Assembly (NCBI GenBank): GCA_002376005.1
Contig: DFNJ01000022.1
Coordinates: 42,434 to 106,433 of the forward strand
Direction: 5' to 3'
Length of the DNA: 64,000 nucleotides
Source: Firmicutes bacterium UBA3570
GTDB lineage: Bacteria > Bacillota > Sulfobacillia > UBA3561
This document shows positions 38,543 to 48,938 of this stretch, piece after piece (position 1 is the stretch's first letter; each line of letters opens with the position of its first letter). The notes below the pieces were generated by a model. It was not told the origin of the DNA. It made no database searches and worked only from the letters and a program-made list of their open reading frames with translations. Made by a program: the position numbers and the translations under genes.

Positions 38543-40321
38543 TCATTGGGTCGGCTTCACTGGCCCACCCTGCAGGTCCTTGGGGATCCACCACTTCTCT
38601 ATATTCCACCGGATTCCCGCAGGAGTGGCGGTGATGGGTCCCTTGACTCGGACGTTGACGGCGGTCAGGGCGTTCGGGAAGTACAGGAACAGATACGGCT
38701 GCTCTTCGGCCAGGATCTTCTGGAACTCGGCGTAGATCTCCTTGCGCTGTTCCTGATCCATGACCTTGCGTCCCTGCTCCAGCAAGTAGTCCACGCGCTC
38801 GTTCTGGTAGGAGATGAAGTTGAACGGCCCGCCCTCAGAGTGCCATATGCTGAAGGCGTCCGGATCCACACCCAGAGCCCAGCCAACGATGACTGCCTCG
38901 AAGTTCTTCGCCAGTAGCACCTTGTTGACGAAGGTGTTCCACTCCACCAGCTCCACTTCTACCTCGATGCCCACTTCCTTCAGCTGCTGCTGGATGATGA
39001 CTGCCGCCTGCTCGCGGATCTTGTTGCCCTGGTTGGTCTGCAGCAAGAACTTGAACTTCACGCCGTCCTTGTCCAGGATGCCGTCGTTGTCGGTGTCTTT
39101 CCAGCCAGCCTCGGCCAGCAGCTGCTTGGCCTTCTCCGGATCGTACTCGAACTTGGGTACGTCGGGGTTGTAATCCCACCGGGCCGGCGATCCGTGCGAC
39201 CAGGCGGGAATGCCGTGTCCCTGGAACAGCTCCGCCACGATGGTTTCCTTGTCGATGGCGTGGGCGATGGCCTGGCGCACCCTGACATCCTGGAACAGCG
39301 GATTGGTGAGGTTATAACCCATGTAGGTGTAGCTGAAGGTGGGTCCTTCGAAGATCTGCAGGTGCTTCATCTGGCTGAACCGCTCGAAAGCCTCGGGGGT
39401 GATGCCTCCCATGTCGATTTCTCCGGTCTCAAGTGCAGCCATCACCGTGTTCTGGTCGGGGATGATCTTGACCACGATCTCGTCCAGATAGGGTCGGCCT
39501 TCATAGTACTCGTCGTTGGCTACCACCGAGATGTACTCGCCGGTCTTCCACTCCTTGAACTTGAACCTGCCGGTGCCGATGGGCTTACGGGTGAAGTCGT
39601 GGTCCTTCATGGTGGCACCCATGTGGTCCTTGAGGATGTGCTCGGGGATGATTCCCATGGCCATCGACTGAACCAGGAAAGGCGCGTATGGTTCGGAGAG
39701 GGTGAACTGGATGGTGTGATCGTCGATGATCTTGATGGCACCACCGGCCTTGAATTCCTCGAAGGCCTCCATGATGGCCTGCTTGTACTCTTCTTCAGTT
39801 ATTTTCTTGTCCTTATAATCGCTGCGGATTTGGCTGAGCTTTTCCTGATACTCATCAAACCCCAGCAGGCTGGAATAGTTGCGCAGGCGGACGCCGGTGT
39901 ATTCCGGATGCAGGATACTCAGGAAGGTGAAGGCCACATCGCGGGCGGTGAAGGGCTGTCCATCGTGCCATTTAACCCCTTCCCGCAAGTGGAATACCCA
40001 CACCTTACCGTCTTCGGAGACCTCCCAGCTGGTGGCCAGCTTGGGAACCACGTTGATCTTGTCGTCGAAATCGACCAGGCTGCTGTGCACGTAGTCGGAG
40101 ATCAACCCCGATGCGGTGTCGTTGACGTGAATCGGATTGAAGGTGGTGGCATCTCCGATGCTGGCATCAAACAAGATGCCGCCGGTTACCGGCCCCTCAG
40201 GTTTCTCCTCCTCGGGCGGGGGAGCCTCGGCTTCCTCCCGCGGCGCACAGCCCGCCGCGACCAGACTCACGGCCAGAAGCATCACCAGCAGGAGATGTAG
40301 ACCCCTCAGTCGACTGCTCAT
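38543..40321 (-). CDS. ABC transporter substrate-binding lipoprotein, family 5 (peptide/nickel)
   Basis: Lipoprotein signal peptide with lipobox LVAAGC; SBP_bac_5 architecture; start trimmed to MSSRLRG (track ORF over-extended by 23 codons). Confidence 0.82.
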   Translation of the reverse strand: MSSRLRGLHLLLVMLLAVSLVAAGCAPREEAEAPPPEEEKPEGPVTGGILFDASIGDATTFNPIHVNDTASGLISDYVHSSLVDFDDKINVVPKLATSWEVSEDGKVWVFHLREGVKWHDGQPFTARDVAFTFLSILHPEYTGVRLRNYSSLLGFDEYQEKLSQIRSDYKDKKITEEEYKQAIMEAFEEFKAGGAIKIIDDHTIQFTLSEPYAPFLVQSMAMGIIPEHILKDHMGATMKDHDFTRKPIGTGRFKFKEWKTGEYISVVANDEYYEGRPYLDEIVVKIIPDQNTVMAALETGEIDMGGITPEAFERFSQMKHLQIFEGPTFSYTYMGYNLTNPLFQDVRVRQAIAHAIDKETIVAELFQGHGIPAWSHGSPARWDYNPDVPKFEYDPEKAKQLLAEAGWKDTDNDGILDKDGVKFKFLLQTNQGNKIREQAAVIIQQQLKEVGIEVEVELVEWNTFVNKVLLAKNFEAVIVGWALGVDPDAFSIWHSEGGPFNFISYQNERVDYLLEQGRKVMDQEQRKEIYAEFQKILAEEQPYLFLYFPNALTAVNVRVKGPITATPAGIRWNIEKWWIPKDLQGGPVKPTQ

Positions 40322-40501
40322 CCGCGCTCTTACCCCCTCTTCTGGTAACCACGTCACTGCCGGCCGCCCGCGGCGATCATCGGGCAGCATCCGTCACTGT
40401 TGCCTTGCAACCCCCCTTTCCGCAGCCGACATTTCGCCATCCGCGGCGCGAAACCCTCCCGAAGGGGATGGATTCTTCCCCGCGGGGGAGGGAGGATTCG
40501 C

Positions 40502-41161
40502 GTGCTGGAGCAGCGAACCGTGGCTCGGGGGTACGCGGTGAACACCCGGCAGCGCCATCCGCTGTTGTGCTGTCTGATCATCGCCGTCACCGTGGCATAC
40601 TGGACAGTGGCGATCCCCGCCATGTACCGGTACACCGACGGTGACCGGTGGTCATCGGAAGAGTATGGGGTTTCCTTTCGCTTGGTGCGCTCTCTGGAGG
40701 GTTGGCACTTTTCGGAAATACCCCATGCCTTGGAATTCCCTGCCACCCACGTGCTCTGCCGGGCTCGAACCAGGCTCGGTCTCGCCGCCGTGACGGTGGC
40801 CTTGCTCCAGCTGGGTTCGCATCCGTCCGTGCAAGCACTGGCCGAGGCCATCGAGAGGGAGCGAGGACGGCGGTTTCAGGGCGTTCAGCTCTTCTGGAAG
40901 TCAGACCTCAGCAGCGCCTGGCGCTTCGACCGCTCCTTCCGCGGGCAGGAGGGCCTGAGGACCATAAAATACATCACCCGAAGCTGGGGCCCTTTCGGCG
41001 TTCAGTACCTGCAGTTCGACCATTACGTACGAGTTGATGACTCTACGGTATTGCACGTGTCCGCCTTCGTGCCGAGGTTCCTGTTCCGCTACTACGAGAT
41101 GGACCTCAAGTATATCCTGGCCAGCTTTCGCCTGCTGAGTCGCCGGGGTGGCAGTCGGTGA
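40502..41161 (+). CDS. Hypothetical membrane-anchored protein (219 aa from GTG 40502)
   Basis: GGAGGGAGG RBS 6 nt upstream of the GTG; single TM (LLCCLIIAVTVAYWTVAI) followed by a ~170-aa domain; no family recognised. Confidence 0.45.
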   Translation: MLEQRTVARGYAVNTRQRHPLLCCLIIAVTVAYWTVAIPAMYRYTDGDRWSSEEYGVSFRLVRSLEGWHFSEIPHALEFPATHVLCRARTRLGLAAVTVALLQLGSHPSVQALAEAIERERGRRFQGVQLFWKSDLSSAWRFDRSFRGQEGLRTIKYITRSWGPFGVQYLQFDHYVRVDDSTVLHVSAFVPRFLFRYYEMDLKYILASFRLLSRRGGSR

Positions 41162-41493
41162 CCTATCTGGCTTACCTGGGGTTACTGATTTCCGGCTTCG
41201 CGGCTGCCGGCGCCCTCCAGCAGCTGCTAAATCGGCGGGGTCGGCGACCGGGAAGGCGCCTGTCGCCGCCCAGCGAGGCCTTCCTGTCCTTGTTGCTTCC
41301 GGGGCTGGGAGCCCTGCTCAACGGGCGCCTCGCCCGGGGCTCCTTTCTTCTCGGCGGCCTGTTAGGAGTACTGTTCTTCATCCCCTTGCCCCCGCAGATG
41401 GTGGGCGTGCCCCTGCGCTTGCTGGTGGGACCATTCTGGTTGCTGTCGTGTATAGATGCCCTGGGGGAACTCCGCAGGCAACGTGGCACGTAG
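41158..41493 (+). CDS. Hypothetical small membrane protein (111 aa, Gly/Leu-rich TM helices)
   Basis: GTGA overlap with upstream gene; two to three hydrophobic helices (LLLPGLGALLNG..., LLGGLLGVLFFIPL). Confidence 0.4.
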   Translation: MTYLAYLGLLISGFAAAGALQQLLNRRGRRPGRRLSPPSEAFLSLLLPGLGALLNGRLARGSFLLGGLLGVLFFIPLPPQMVGVPLRLLVGPFWLLSCIDALGELRRQRGT

Positions 41494-41505
41494 ACTGGTA
41501 TCAGA

Positions 41506-42144
41506 ATGGCTCCTGATCAATGCCACGTACACTTGCAGGTTAACGTGGAATCGCTCACCCTGCATCTGCTGCAGGGCAGCCGGGTGCTCCGCACGTACCC
41601 GGTGGCACTCGGCAAACCCTCCACCCCCACTCCGGTGGGCCGGTGGCGCATTCGCACCAAGCTGGTGAATCCTGCCGGGGTTCTGGGCACCCGGTGGATG
41701 GGGCTGAACGTGCCCTGGGGCAATTACGGAATACACGGCACCAACAGTCCCTGGTCCATCGGCCGCTACGTCTCCGGTGGGTGCATCAGGATGTACAACC
41801 ACCACGTGGAGGAAGTTTACGAGCGGGTAATCATAGGCACACCGGTGGCAGTGGTGGGGCGGTACCCCGGACAGCCTCGGGTCCTGACCCGAGGGATGAG
41901 AGGCCCACAGGTAGCCGCGGTGCAGCAGCGCCTCCGGCAATTGGGGTATGACCCGGGTCCGGTGGATGGCATCTTCGGGCCCCGCACCGAAGAAAGCGTG
42001 CGCCGTTTTCAGCGCGATCGTGGCCTGGTCCCCGACGGGGTGGTGGGAGAAGAGACCAGGGACCACCTGTTCTCAACCGCTGCGGCCGGGCGAGAAGATG
42101 CGGTCGTAATCCTCGAGGGTAACGTAGACTTCACGAGGCTTTGA
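41506..42144 (+). CDS. L,D-transpeptidase (YkuD domain) with C-terminal peptidoglycan-binding domain
   Basis: YkuD catalytic motif HGTNSPWSIGRYVSGGCIRM; PG_binding_1-like repeat LGYDPGPVDGIFGPRTEESVRRFQRDRGLVPDGVVG. Confidence 0.8.
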   Translation: MAPDQCHVHLQVNVESLTLHLLQGSRVLRTYPVALGKPSTPTPVGRWRIRTKLVNPAGVLGTRWMGLNVPWGNYGIHGTNSPWSIGRYVSGGCIRMYNHHVEEVYERVIIGTPVAVVGRYPGQPRVLTRGMRGPQVAAVQQRLRQLGYDPGPVDGIFGPRTEESVRRFQRDRGLVPDGVVGEETRDHLFSTAAAGREDAVVILEGNVDFTRL

Positions 42145-44229
42145 GCCCTCGAATCCGCCAATCCAGCCGCGTGCTTCCATGATGTCGATGATCCGCGCCG
42201 CCCGGGTGTAACCAATCCGTAACTTCCTCTGCAACAAGGAAACAGAGGCATGGCCCGCTTCCACCACCACCCGCAGTGCCTCGGGGAGTAGCTCATCCTC
42301 CTTGGCGGTGGCGGTGCCCCTGCGTCCGTTTCCCGCCAACTGTTCGGGGGCCTTTAGTATCTCCTCGTTGAACTCGGGCTCCGCCTGCCGCGAAACGAAC
42401 CTCACCAGGTTCTCGCGCTCCCGTTCGGAAATGTAGGCGCCCTGCACCCTTACGGGCTTGCTGGCTCCCACGGGATAGAACAACATGTCACCGCGGCCCA
42501 GCAGCCTCTCCGCCCCGGGTACATCCAGGATGGTGCGGGAGTCCACCTGCGAGGAGACGGCGAAAGCTATGCGGGAGGGAATGTTAGCCTTGATGGTACC
42601 GGTGAGGACATCCACCGACGGGCGCTGGGTGGCCACCACTAGATGGATGCCCGCAGCCCGCGCCATCTGTGCCAGGCGGAAGATGGCATCCTCCACTTCC
42701 ACAGGAGCAGTGGTCATCAGGTCCACCAGTTCGTCAACCACCACCACCACGTATGGCAGCCGCGAACCCTCGTCGGGAACCCGTTCGTTGTACCGCTGGA
42801 TGTTCCGTACCCCGCATCCCGCGAACAGCTCGTACCGCCGTTCCATCTCGCCCACCAGCCACTGCAAAGATGCCGCTGCCCGCCTGGGATCGGTGATGAC
42901 GGGAGCCAGCAGATGAGGAATCCCGTCATAACCGGACAATTCCACTACCTTGGGGTCGACCAGGAGAAGCTTCACCTCGTCGGGGCGCGCCTTGAAGAGT
43001 ATGCTGGCAATGATGCTGTTGATGCAGACGCTCTTGCCGGAGCCAGTGGCCCCTGCGATGAGAATGTGTAGCATTTCCTCCAGACTGGGCACCACCGGAC
43101 GACCGGCGATATCCTTCCCCAAACCCACCGCCAGCTTGCTGGGATGCTCGCGGAACTCCCTGGTTTCCAATACTTCCCGAAGGTGCACCATCGAGATCTC
43201 CTCATTGGGCACCTCAATACCCACTACGCTCTTGCCGGCGACTGGCGCCTCCATGCGCACGCCGGAGGTAGCCATGCTGAGGGCAATGTCGTCCGCGAGG
43301 GCCATGATGCGAGAGACCTTCACACCGGGTTCCGGCTGCAGCTCGAAACGGGTGACCGCTGGCCCTCGGCGCACACTGACCACCTTGGCCCGAACCCCGA
43401 AACTGGCCAGGGTCTGTTCCAATCGGCGGCTGCGATCCGCCAGCATGCGCTCCGACGGGATCTCTTCCGCGGCAGCTTTATCCAGAAGAGACAGCGGCGG
43501 CAGCTGGTAGAGAATCCGCGGATCCATGCTGAGCTGTTCGTAGGCCACCTCTGCGTCAATCCCCTTGATGGTGTGCCGAGGTGCCTTCACTCGGGGCTGC
43601 GGGCGCACGGCCTCTTCTGGTGGCGGAGCCGGCGGCACGGCTGCCTCCCCCGCCCGCCCCGCCTCTTCTTCTGCCAGGATCAACTCGCCCACGGCACTCT
43701 TCAACCAGCTGAAACCCCTTCTCATCGCATTCAACAGCCTCACGAGGGTGACAGTCAGACTGCGCTGCATGCACAAGGTAAATCCCGCCAAGGCAGACCC
43801 TGCCAGCACCAGCCAGCGGCCCACGGGGCCGAAGGCGCGCAGGAACGCCCAGGCCAGAGCCGCCCCCACCACCCCACCTCCCATCCCGGCCAGCCCGTGT
43901 TCCCATTCTAGACCCGCAGGCAGGCGGGCGTGCAACAACGTCAACCAGCATCCCATCAGCATGCAGGCCCCTAGCGCGCGCCCCGGGGGGAACAGTTGGA
44001 CCCGGCGGTACATCCTGGAAAAGCCCCAGGCACAGAGAAAGAGCGGCACCAACCACGCTCCTTCCCCGAGGCCGAGGCGCAAGGTTCTGCCCACCAGCCT
44101 TCCCACCGAACCAGTAGCATCGCTGTAAAGGCTGGCTACACTTAACGCAGCGCCCAGCAGGAGGAGGATTCCTTCCAGGTCACCGCGGACATCCTCCGTC
44201 ACCCGCGCCCACAGCCGCCTCAACCCCAA
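42073..44229 (-). CDS. spoIIIE: DNA translocase FtsK/SpoIIIE
   Basis: 718 aa; N-terminal TM segments, motor-domain Walker A (GATGSGKSV), C-terminal gamma domain (winged helix); tepA-adjacent as for B. subtilis spoIIIE. Confidence 0.9.
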   Translation of the reverse strand: MGLRRLWARVTEDVRGDLEGILLLLGAALSVASLYSDATGSVGRLVGRTLRLGLGEGAWLVPLFLCAWGFSRMYRRVQLFPPGRALGACMLMGCWLTLLHARLPAGLEWEHGLAGMGGGVVGAALAWAFLRAFGPVGRWLVLAGSALAGFTLCMQRSLTVTLVRLLNAMRRGFSWLKSAVGELILAEEEAGRAGEAAVPPAPPPEEAVRPQPRVKAPRHTIKGIDAEVAYEQLSMDPRILYQLPPLSLLDKAAAEEIPSERMLADRSRRLEQTLASFGVRAKVVSVRRGPAVTRFELQPEPGVKVSRIMALADDIALSMATSGVRMEAPVAGKSVVGIEVPNEEISMVHLREVLETREFREHPSKLAVGLGKDIAGRPVVPSLEEMLHILIAGATGSGKSVCINSIIASILFKARPDEVKLLLVDPKVVELSGYDGIPHLLAPVITDPRRAAASLQWLVGEMERRYELFAGCGVRNIQRYNERVPDEGSRLPYVVVVVDELVDLMTTAPVEVEDAIFRLAQMARAAGIHLVVATQRPSVDVLTGTIKANIPSRIAFAVSSQVDSRTILDVPGAERLLGRGDMLFYPVGASKPVRVQGAYISERERENLVRFVSRQAEPEFNEEILKAPEQLAGNGRRGTATAKEDELLPEALRVVVEAGHASVSLLQRKLRIGYTRAARIIDIMEARGWIGGFEGSKPREVYVTLEDYDRIFSPGRSG

Positions 44230-44286
44230 ATCACCTCGCGTGTCATGACTTCTTTCTCCATGTGCCCACCATTTACCTGTAGCCGT

Positions 44287-45069
44287 TTACCGCAGGGCAA
44301 ACAGCGCCACAGCGGCAACCACCCAGCAATACCAGGCGAATGGCCGGAGCCCGCGTGACCTCACCACCACCAGCAGCCATCGGATGGCCAAATAACCAGC
44401 TACTGCTGCCGATGCCACCGCCCACAGGGCGCCGGGCACCAGATTACCTTCCAGTCTCAAGACATCCAGCAGGCAGGCCCCGGAGATGGCAGGAATGGCC
44501 AACAAAAACGAAAAGCGGGCGGCGTCCCGGCCGGACAACCCCAAGGCCATGCCCGCTGCTATGGTCAGCCCGGAGCGAGAAAGTCCCGGGACGAGGGCAA
44601 AGGCCTGGGCGACACCTATGCCGAGAGCCTCCCACGCATCCATCTCTCCCAAACACGTCCGCTGGCGGGTACGCCGGGAAGCAAAAAGAACGCAACCGGT
44701 TACAACAAGCGCCCAGGCGGTCAACCGCGGCGAGTCAAAGGCAACCGCCAGCAGATCTGCACCCAGTATGCCGAAAATAGCTGCAGGTACGGTGCCGATG
44801 AGCAGGTTTCTCAACAGACGGCGTTGCGTCCGGACCTCCTCGGCCCCCCGCAATCCCACCGCTCCTGTCAGCAAGGCGATCAGCTGGGGCCAAAAGACCG
44901 CCACCACTGCCACCAGGGTGCCGAGATGGACCAGCACTTCCAGGGTCAAGCCGGGAGCAGCGACGTCAAGGAAGTGTTGCGCCAGGACCAGGTGACCAGA
45001 ACTGGAAACGGGCAAGAACTCGGTCAGGCCTTGCAGTACTCCCAACAGCACCGCATGCCAGGTGCTCAT
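44287..45069 (-). CDS. uppP: Undecaprenyl-diphosphate phosphatase UppP (BacA)
   Basis: GVLQGLTEFLPVSSSGHL signature and multi-TM body; start trimmed to MSTWHAV. Confidence 0.85.
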   Translation of the reverse strand: MSTWHAVLLGVLQGLTEFLPVSSSGHLVLAQHFLDVAAPGLTLEVLVHLGTLVAVVAVFWPQLIALLTGAVGLRGAEEVRTQRRLLRNLLIGTVPAAIFGILGADLLAVAFDSPRLTAWALVVTGCVLFASRRTRQRTCLGEMDAWEALGIGVAQAFALVPGLSRSGLTIAAGMALGLSGRDAARFSFLLAIPAISGACLLDVLRLEGNLVPGALWAVASAAVAGYLAIRWLLVVVRSRGLRPFAWYCWVVAAVALFALR

Positions 45070-45321
45070 CCCCTCCACCTCCGGGGGCTCTTTGTTCGCC
45101 GTCGGGAGTGCCATGCCTGCCTAGCCGGCACCACATAGTACCCGGGTTGAACCGACGGTCAAGGTACCTGGCGGGATCGGTGGATACCAGGGACAGTACC
45201 TCCCATCCGCAGGTGGTCCACCTCAGGCGCACCACAACTCCCTGGTGGCAAACCTCCCGCACCGGGACCTGTGGCTCCTCCAGCACGTTCAAAGGGGGAG
45301 GAGGCTGATACAGCAGCATCT

Positions 45322-46053
45322 TCAGGCCGTGCCCCCCATCATTTCCCGCAGCTTCCGGATGGCGTGGGTAATCCCGCCCACCTCATCGATCAGGCCCTCC
45401 CTGACCGCGTCTTTGCCCACCAGGACGGTGCCGATGTCGCGGGCCAGCTCCCCAGTCCGGAACATGAGGTCCCGATACCGCTCCTCGCTGACCCGAGAGT
45501 GCTCCACAATGAAGCGCACCACCCGATCCTGCATTTTTTCCAGATATTCGTAGGTCTGTGGGCCCCCGATGAGCATGCCGGTGAGCCTGAGGGGATGAAT
45601 GGTCATGGTGGCGGTATGGGCGATGAAAGAGTACCTGGCGGCCACCGCGATGGGAACCCCGATGGAGTGCCCACCACCCAGTACCAGCGACACCGTAGGC
45701 TTGGACATACTCGCAATCATCTCGGCAATCGCCAGACCCGCTTCTACGTCGCCGCCCAACGTGTTCAGTACCACCAATAGGCCGCCAATATCCTGAGCGT
45801 CCTCCACCGCCACCAGCTGCGGGATGACGTGTTCGTACTTGGTGGTTTTGTTTTGTGAGGGTAGCAACGCGTGTCCTTCCACCTGCCCAATAACCGGCAG
45901 ACAATGAATCCGCCGTGGCCCAGCGGGCAGGCGTACCGTCCCCAGTTCCTTGAGCTGTTCTACCGCAGAGCTGTGGGTCGCTGCGCTCATTTCATCAGCA
46001 GGCACCAGCTGCACACCCCGCAATGTATTATGCCCATCCCGAAGGGTGGTCAC
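45322..46053 (-). CDS. tepA: ClpP-class serine peptidase family protein, TepA/YmfB-like (translocation-enhancing protein)
   Basis: 243 aa; ClpP-fold ([44 protein letters not shown]); position between rnj and spoIIIE as in B. subtilis. Confidence 0.7.
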   Translation of the reverse strand: MTTLRDGHNTLRGVQLVPADEMSAATHSSAVEQLKELGTVRLPAGPRRIHCLPVIGQVEGHALLPSQNKTTKYEHVIPQLVAVEDAQDIGGLLVVLNTLGGDVEAGLAIAEMIASMSKPTVSLVLGGGHSIGVPIAVAARYSFIAHTATMTIHPLRLTGMLIGGPQTYEYLEKMQDRVVRFIVEHSRVSEERYRDLMFRTGELARDIGTVLVGKDAVREGLIDEVGGITHAIRKLREMMGGTA

Positions 46054-46102
46054 GGCGGATGCGGGGTGGCGCCGCCGCCTGTCGGAGCAGTCCCCCCGAG
46101 GG

Positions 46103-47806
46103 TCAGACTTCCACTATGATGGGTAGAATCATCGGCCGCCGGCGCGTTCGCTCGTACACGAACCTCCCCAGCACTTCTCTCACCACTGATTTGACCGCCG
46201 ACCAGTCGCGCAAATCCAATTCCTCTCGCTTCAGGACCTCGAGCACCGCCCTGGCTGCCTCGGTCAACAGTTCCTCGGACTGGCGCATGTACACGAATCC
46301 CCGCGAGATCAGGTCGGGGCCGGCCACCAGCTCACCGGTACTGGCCCGGGCTGCCAGTACTGCCACCAGTATGCCGTCTCGTGCCAGCTGGTGCCGGTCC
46401 CTCAGCACCACACTGCCCACATCTCCCACGCCGAGACCGTCCACCAGCACCTGTCCGGAGGGTACCCGTCCCGCAATCCGACCGTGGCCTTGGGAGAAAG
46501 CGAATACAGTGCCGTTCTCGCCAAATAATACTTGCCCCTCGCCGAGGCCTACCTCCCGCGCCAGAGCAGCATGGTGCACCAGGTGGCGGTACTCGCCGTG
46601 AATGGGGATGAAGTACCGCGGGCGGACCAGATTGATCATCATCTTGAGCTCTTCGCGGCTGCCGTGGCCCGACACATGCACGCCGGACTCCGGACCGTAG
46701 ATCACCTCCGCGCCCCGACGGAACAGATTATCGATGGTGCGGTGTACCAGCTTCTCATTGCCCGGTACCGGGGTAGCGGCAATGATCACCACGTCCCCCG
46801 GCGCCAGGCTGATGGCCCGGTGCTCACCCACCGACATCCGCGCGAGGGCGGAGAGAGGTTCCCCCTGACTGCCGGTGCATAAAACCACGCATTGTGCGGC
46901 GGGAAGGCGGCACGCTTCCTCCACGGAAACGATCAGATCGGGCGGCGCATGCAAGTAACCGAGCTGCATGGCTATGGCCACGGTGTCCTGCATGCTCCGG
47001 CCCACCACGCACACCTTACGACCCAGTGAACAGGCCGCGTCCAACACTTGTTGTATGCGGTGGACGTTGCTGGCGAAGCTGGCCACCAATATCCTTCCGC
47101 GCTTTGTTCGCATGATCTCATAAAGGGTCTCACCCACCACTCTCTCGGAAGGCGTGTAGCCGGGTCGCTCGGCATTGGTGCTGTCGGAAAGCAGGAGCAG
47201 CACCTCGGATCTCCCCAGCTCCGCCAGCTTGTGGTAATCCGTCACCTGACCGTCCACCGGGGTTTGGTCGAACTTGAAGTCTCCGCTGTGCACCACGATA
47301 CCCGCCGGGCTGTGGATGGCCAGCCCCACGGTATCAGGAACCGCGTGGTTCACCCGGAAGAATTCCACCTGGAAGCAACCGATCTCCACCCGCTGCCCGG
47401 GCCTCACGGGCCGGAAATCCACCGACCCGCTTTCGCCCTTCTCCCTCACCTTCGCCTCGGCCAGGCCTAGAGTCAGCGGGGTCCCAAACACCGGAGCATC
47501 CAGATCGTGCAGCAGGTATGGCAGGGCCCCGATGTGGTCCTCGTGTCCGTGAGTCAGCACCACCCCCACCACTTTCCCGCTGCCTTCCTTGAGAAAGGTG
47601 ATGTCGGGAATCACAACGTCGATGCCCAGCATCTCTTCCTCGGGAAAGGCAAGGCCGGCATCAATGATCAATATGTCTCCCTCGTAACACAACGCGATCA
47701 TGTTCTTGCCGATTTCTCCCACCCCACCCAGGGGAACCACTCGCAGTGTACCGGTTGCCGTCACCGTTGTCGTCTCCTCCCCATGCCGCGCGTTGCCACG
47801 TGCCAT
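46103..47806 (-). CDS. rnj: Ribonuclease J (MBL/beta-CASP RNase)
   Basis: [25 protein letters not shown], beta-CASP and C-terminal domain; start trimmed to MARGNARH (track ORF over-extended). Confidence 0.88.
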   Translation of the reverse strand: MARGNARHGEETTTVTATGTLRVVPLGGVGEIGKNMIALCYEGDILIIDAGLAFPEEEMLGIDVVIPDITFLKEGSGKVVGVVLTHGHEDHIGALPYLLHDLDAPVFGTPLTLGLAEAKVREKGESGSVDFRPVRPGQRVEIGCFQVEFFRVNHAVPDTVGLAIHSPAGIVVHSGDFKFDQTPVDGQVTDYHKLAELGRSEVLLLLSDSTNAERPGYTPSERVVGETLYEIMRTKRGRILVASFASNVHRIQQVLDAACSLGRKVCVVGRSMQDTVAIAMQLGYLHAPPDLIVSVEEACRLPAAQCVVLCTGSQGEPLSALARMSVGEHRAISLAPGDVVIIAATPVPGNEKLVHRTIDNLFRRGAEVIYGPESGVHVSGHGSREELKMMINLVRPRYFIPIHGEYRHLVHHAALAREVGLGEGQVLFGENGTVFAFSQGHGRIAGRVPSGQVLVDGLGVGDVGSVVLRDRHQLARDGILVAVLAARASTGELVAGPDLISRGFVYMRQSEELLTEAARAVLEVLKREELDLRDWSAVKSVVREVLGRFVYERTRRRPMILPIIVEV

Positions 47807-48034
47807 TATACCATAGCCGGCCTTCGCGCCAGCACGAGGGAACATCACCGCCCTTCCTGGTAGCAATCAAATGTCAAACCGGGCATGCATGAGGGTATTC
47901 CACCCCGGAAATGCTCAGTCAGCACCGGAAAGGCTTGGTCGCCTCGCGCCGCGGTAAGGCGTCAGATGCCGGGAGGCCCTCAAACGGATGGGGTGCGGGC
48001 AGCCCCGCCCGGCTCCCCGCACCGCGCATGCACC

Positions 48035-48928
48035 TCATGCCAGGATCCCCGTCTGCTCCATGGCGCGCCGGACCTGCTCCACCACGCCTGCGGGGGCGGG
48101 ATACAGGGGAGGTCGACATTCTCCCACCGGCCAACCCAACAGCCGCAAGGCCGCCTTGAGGGGAATGGGATTGGTGGCCACGAAAAGGGCCTTGAACAGC
48201 GGCAGCAACTCCAGGTGTATATCTCGCGCCTCATCCACCCTTCCCTGGCCGAATAGTGCCATCATGCGGGCCAGCCGTGGACCCACCAGGTGAGAAGCCA
48301 CGCTCACCACGCCCTGAGCTCCTACCGCCAGAGCCGGCAGAGTCAGGGAGTCGTCCCCGCTGTACACCAGGACCCTACCTCCAGTCAGCCGTATCAGCTC
48401 CCCCATCTGCTGGACGCTGCCTGATGCCTCTTTCACCGCGCGGACATGCTCGCTGCACTGCAGTAGTTGGTTGACCGTCTCGGGCAACAGGTTGCAACCG
48501 GTTCTGGACGGAACGTTGTACAGCATGATGGGTAGATCCACCGACTCCGCCAGTTGCCGGAAGTGTTCGAGCAGGCCCGCCTGGGGCGGACGGTTGTAAT
48601 AAGGAGTTACCACCAGGAGCCCATGGGCACCAGCTTCGTGGGCTCGCCGTGACAGCTCGATAGTAGTGCGGGTATCATACGTTCCCGTTCCCATCAGGAC
48701 CGGCAGCCGGTCTCCCACCGTCTCCAGCACCCGCTCCAATAGCTGCAACTTCTCCCGCACGGTCAGAACCGGCGCTTCTCCGGTGGTACCGCACACCACC
48801 AGGGCATCCGATCCCGATGCAGCTAGATATTCTGCCAGCTCCGCGGCCATGGTCAGATTGAGGCTGCCGTCACCTTGAAAGGGAGTGACCATGGCGGTTA
48901 TCAACCTGCCAAAAGGCAATTTGCTCAC
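48035..48928 (-). CDS. dapA: 4-hydroxy-tetrahydrodipicolinate synthase DapA
   Basis: 297 aa; TAMVTPF...GTTGEAPVLT motif, catalytic-region conservation. Confidence 0.9.
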   Translation of the reverse strand: MSKLPFGRLITAMVTPFQGDGSLNLTMAAELAEYLAASGSDALVVCGTTGEAPVLTVREKLQLLERVLETVGDRLPVLMGTGTYDTRTTIELSRRAHEAGAHGLLVVTPYYNRPPQAGLLEHFRQLAESVDLPIMLYNVPSRTGCNLLPETVNQLLQCSEHVRAVKEASGSVQQMGELIRLTGGRVLVYSGDDSLTLPALAVGAQGVVSVASHLVGPRLARMMALFGQGRVDEARDIHLELLPLFKALFVATNPIPLKAALRLLGWPVGECRPPLYPAPAGVVEQVRRAMEQTGILA

Positions 48929-48938
48929 CTCCTCGCTT

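Noticed and set aside
40391-40420. Sigma-54 -24/-12 promoter upstream of the peptide-transporter operon (TTGCA preceded by GCGGAA)
   Set aside because: GG-to-GC spacing is off by one and the -24 TGGCAC block is absent, so not reported as a feature. A proper position-weight-matrix scan is needed.
44966-45319. 117-aa ORF starting at the tepA stop and running 100 nt into uppP
   Set aside because: It overlaps the conserved uppP N-terminus, has no recognisable family and sits in what is probably the uppP promoter region; treated as artefact.
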